DNA of 63,035 nucleotides, the filler included, from Asterionella formosa (Eukaryota), in assembly GCA_002256025.1 (NCBI GenBank). It is 28 parts of 28 records of this genome, joined end to end, with 100 filler letters (N's around TTAATTAATTAA, not from the genome) between each part and the next. Parts side by side here need not be neighbours in the genome. Positions count along the whole stretch, not along the records: positions 62,000 to 63,035 come from NKIB01004795.1; 27 more parts are not named here. One strand, given 5' to 3'. Below are positions 62,000 through 63,035 of this stretch, in pieces (within the stretch, counting starts at the first letter, position 1; every line of letters begins with the position of its first letter). The notes beneath the pieces were generated by a model. It was not told the DNA's origin and did not search any database. It saw nothing but the letters and a program-made list of their open reading frames with translations. The position numbers and the translations under genes were made by a program.

Positions 62000-63035
62000 C
62001 AGGAGACGCTGCTCCGATCAACGGATTGGCAGCTTCGTTTGCCAGGTTACCATTGCCTCACAGCAATGGGGGACCTGACAGCGTCGCAGCGAGGTGTGGC
62101 AATACTGGTGTCGACCAAATTCAACTGTACCCCAGTTGGTAAGGCCACACCATTTTGGACTTTTGCGAGAGTCTATGGGGCCACCCTCTTGAGGCCTATT
62201 CTCGTGGGAACAATTTATGTCCCATGCAGAGCGGATCGCATCCGAGTGCTCAGGGCCCTGCCCCGAGCCTTGGACGCTCTGCATCGGGAGTTTCCAGAAG
62301 ATCCCATTGTGATGATGGGAGACTTCAACATGAAGATGACGGAGTTGCAGATTCTGATGGGACCGTGGCGGCTTCCCTTTCGGGTGTTACCCATCCGAGG
62401 GGGGGCCTCCACTCGCCAAAGCCGGCGGGAGGGACAGCCAACACCTGCCATTGATTTCATCACATATTGTGGTGACACAGTGGCGGCTGTCCCCCCTGCC
62501 AGGGTCCTCGACACATGGGATATTTCGGACCACTTCCCAGTTGTTGCGGACCTACCTGGGCTTACCAGAATCCCAGAGATGGGGATTGCCCCACCACGGC
62601 CGGAATCACTGTACCGGCGGATTGTGATGGAAGAGAAGGAACTCAAAGTAACCGTGGCTAGTAGTAACTATTGGCAGCCACTAGCTGACTCGCTGGAGGA
62701 GGACCTGGAGGATGTAATCGAGTGTTCAAATTCACTTGAAAACCCCACCAGTTACCACCAGGAAAGGTTGGATGGTATGGCCAAGAAGTTCACTACAACA
62801 TGTCACCAGGTGGCAGAGGACCTGAACCTCCACCAACGGGTGGCGGGACAAAACCCACCAAGAGTGACAGGACAGGTACGTCGGGCGATTGAGACCCGAA
62901 GGAGGATCTTCCGGGAAACCCGGAGGGCGGAGTCGCGAGGAGACCGTGAAGATGTAGCACGGCTTGGGGACATGTACAAGGCTGCCAAAGAGAGGGCGCG
63001 GAAGGTGATCCGCCTCTCGGGTAGGCGGGCATGGT
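62000..63035 (+). mobile_element. Non-LTR retrotransposon ORF2 APE domain and linker (second copy, open frame across the contig)
   Basis: QETLLRSTDW..GDFN..SDHFPV..; about 4 substitutions seen against the overlapping part of 22502-23539. Confidence 0.92.

Overview
Not one locus but 28 contigs joined by 27 artificial 100-nt spacers (N44-TTAATTAATTAA-N44): two long contigs (1-16710, 24778-41445) and 26 of about 1.04 kb. The organism is a diatom-like stramenopile, judged from an FCP/LHC gene with an ASAFAP targeting motif, diatom-type Copia fragments and short spliceosomal introns; one GC-rich contig looks bacterial. Host genes: VKORC1-like (GC-AG intron), FCP/LHC, calmodulin-like, partial eIF2B-gamma, two unknown conserved-looking genes, and a signal-peptide protein with six YLxxL repeats. 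Most of the DNA is transposon-derived. The main result is a set of DNA transposons with C(A/G)TCT termini and 2-bp target-site duplications. A 9.4-kb element (27649-37031, family A) carries an unknown ORF, a decayed Plavaka-type transposase and a convergent Ulp1-like cysteine protease; its ends are supported by rebuilding the mariner/pogo terminus it interrupts. A 4.6-kb non-autonomous element (8779-13333, family B) carries a ~180-bp satellite that forms a near-perfect 546-bp higher-order repeat on another contig. A third family (C) is seen only as ends. One family-A copy appears to hold a captured PGRL1 fragment. Copy-to-copy comparison also shows frequent footprint-like insertions at TA sites. 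All family assignments come from motif recognition by eye; no searches were run.
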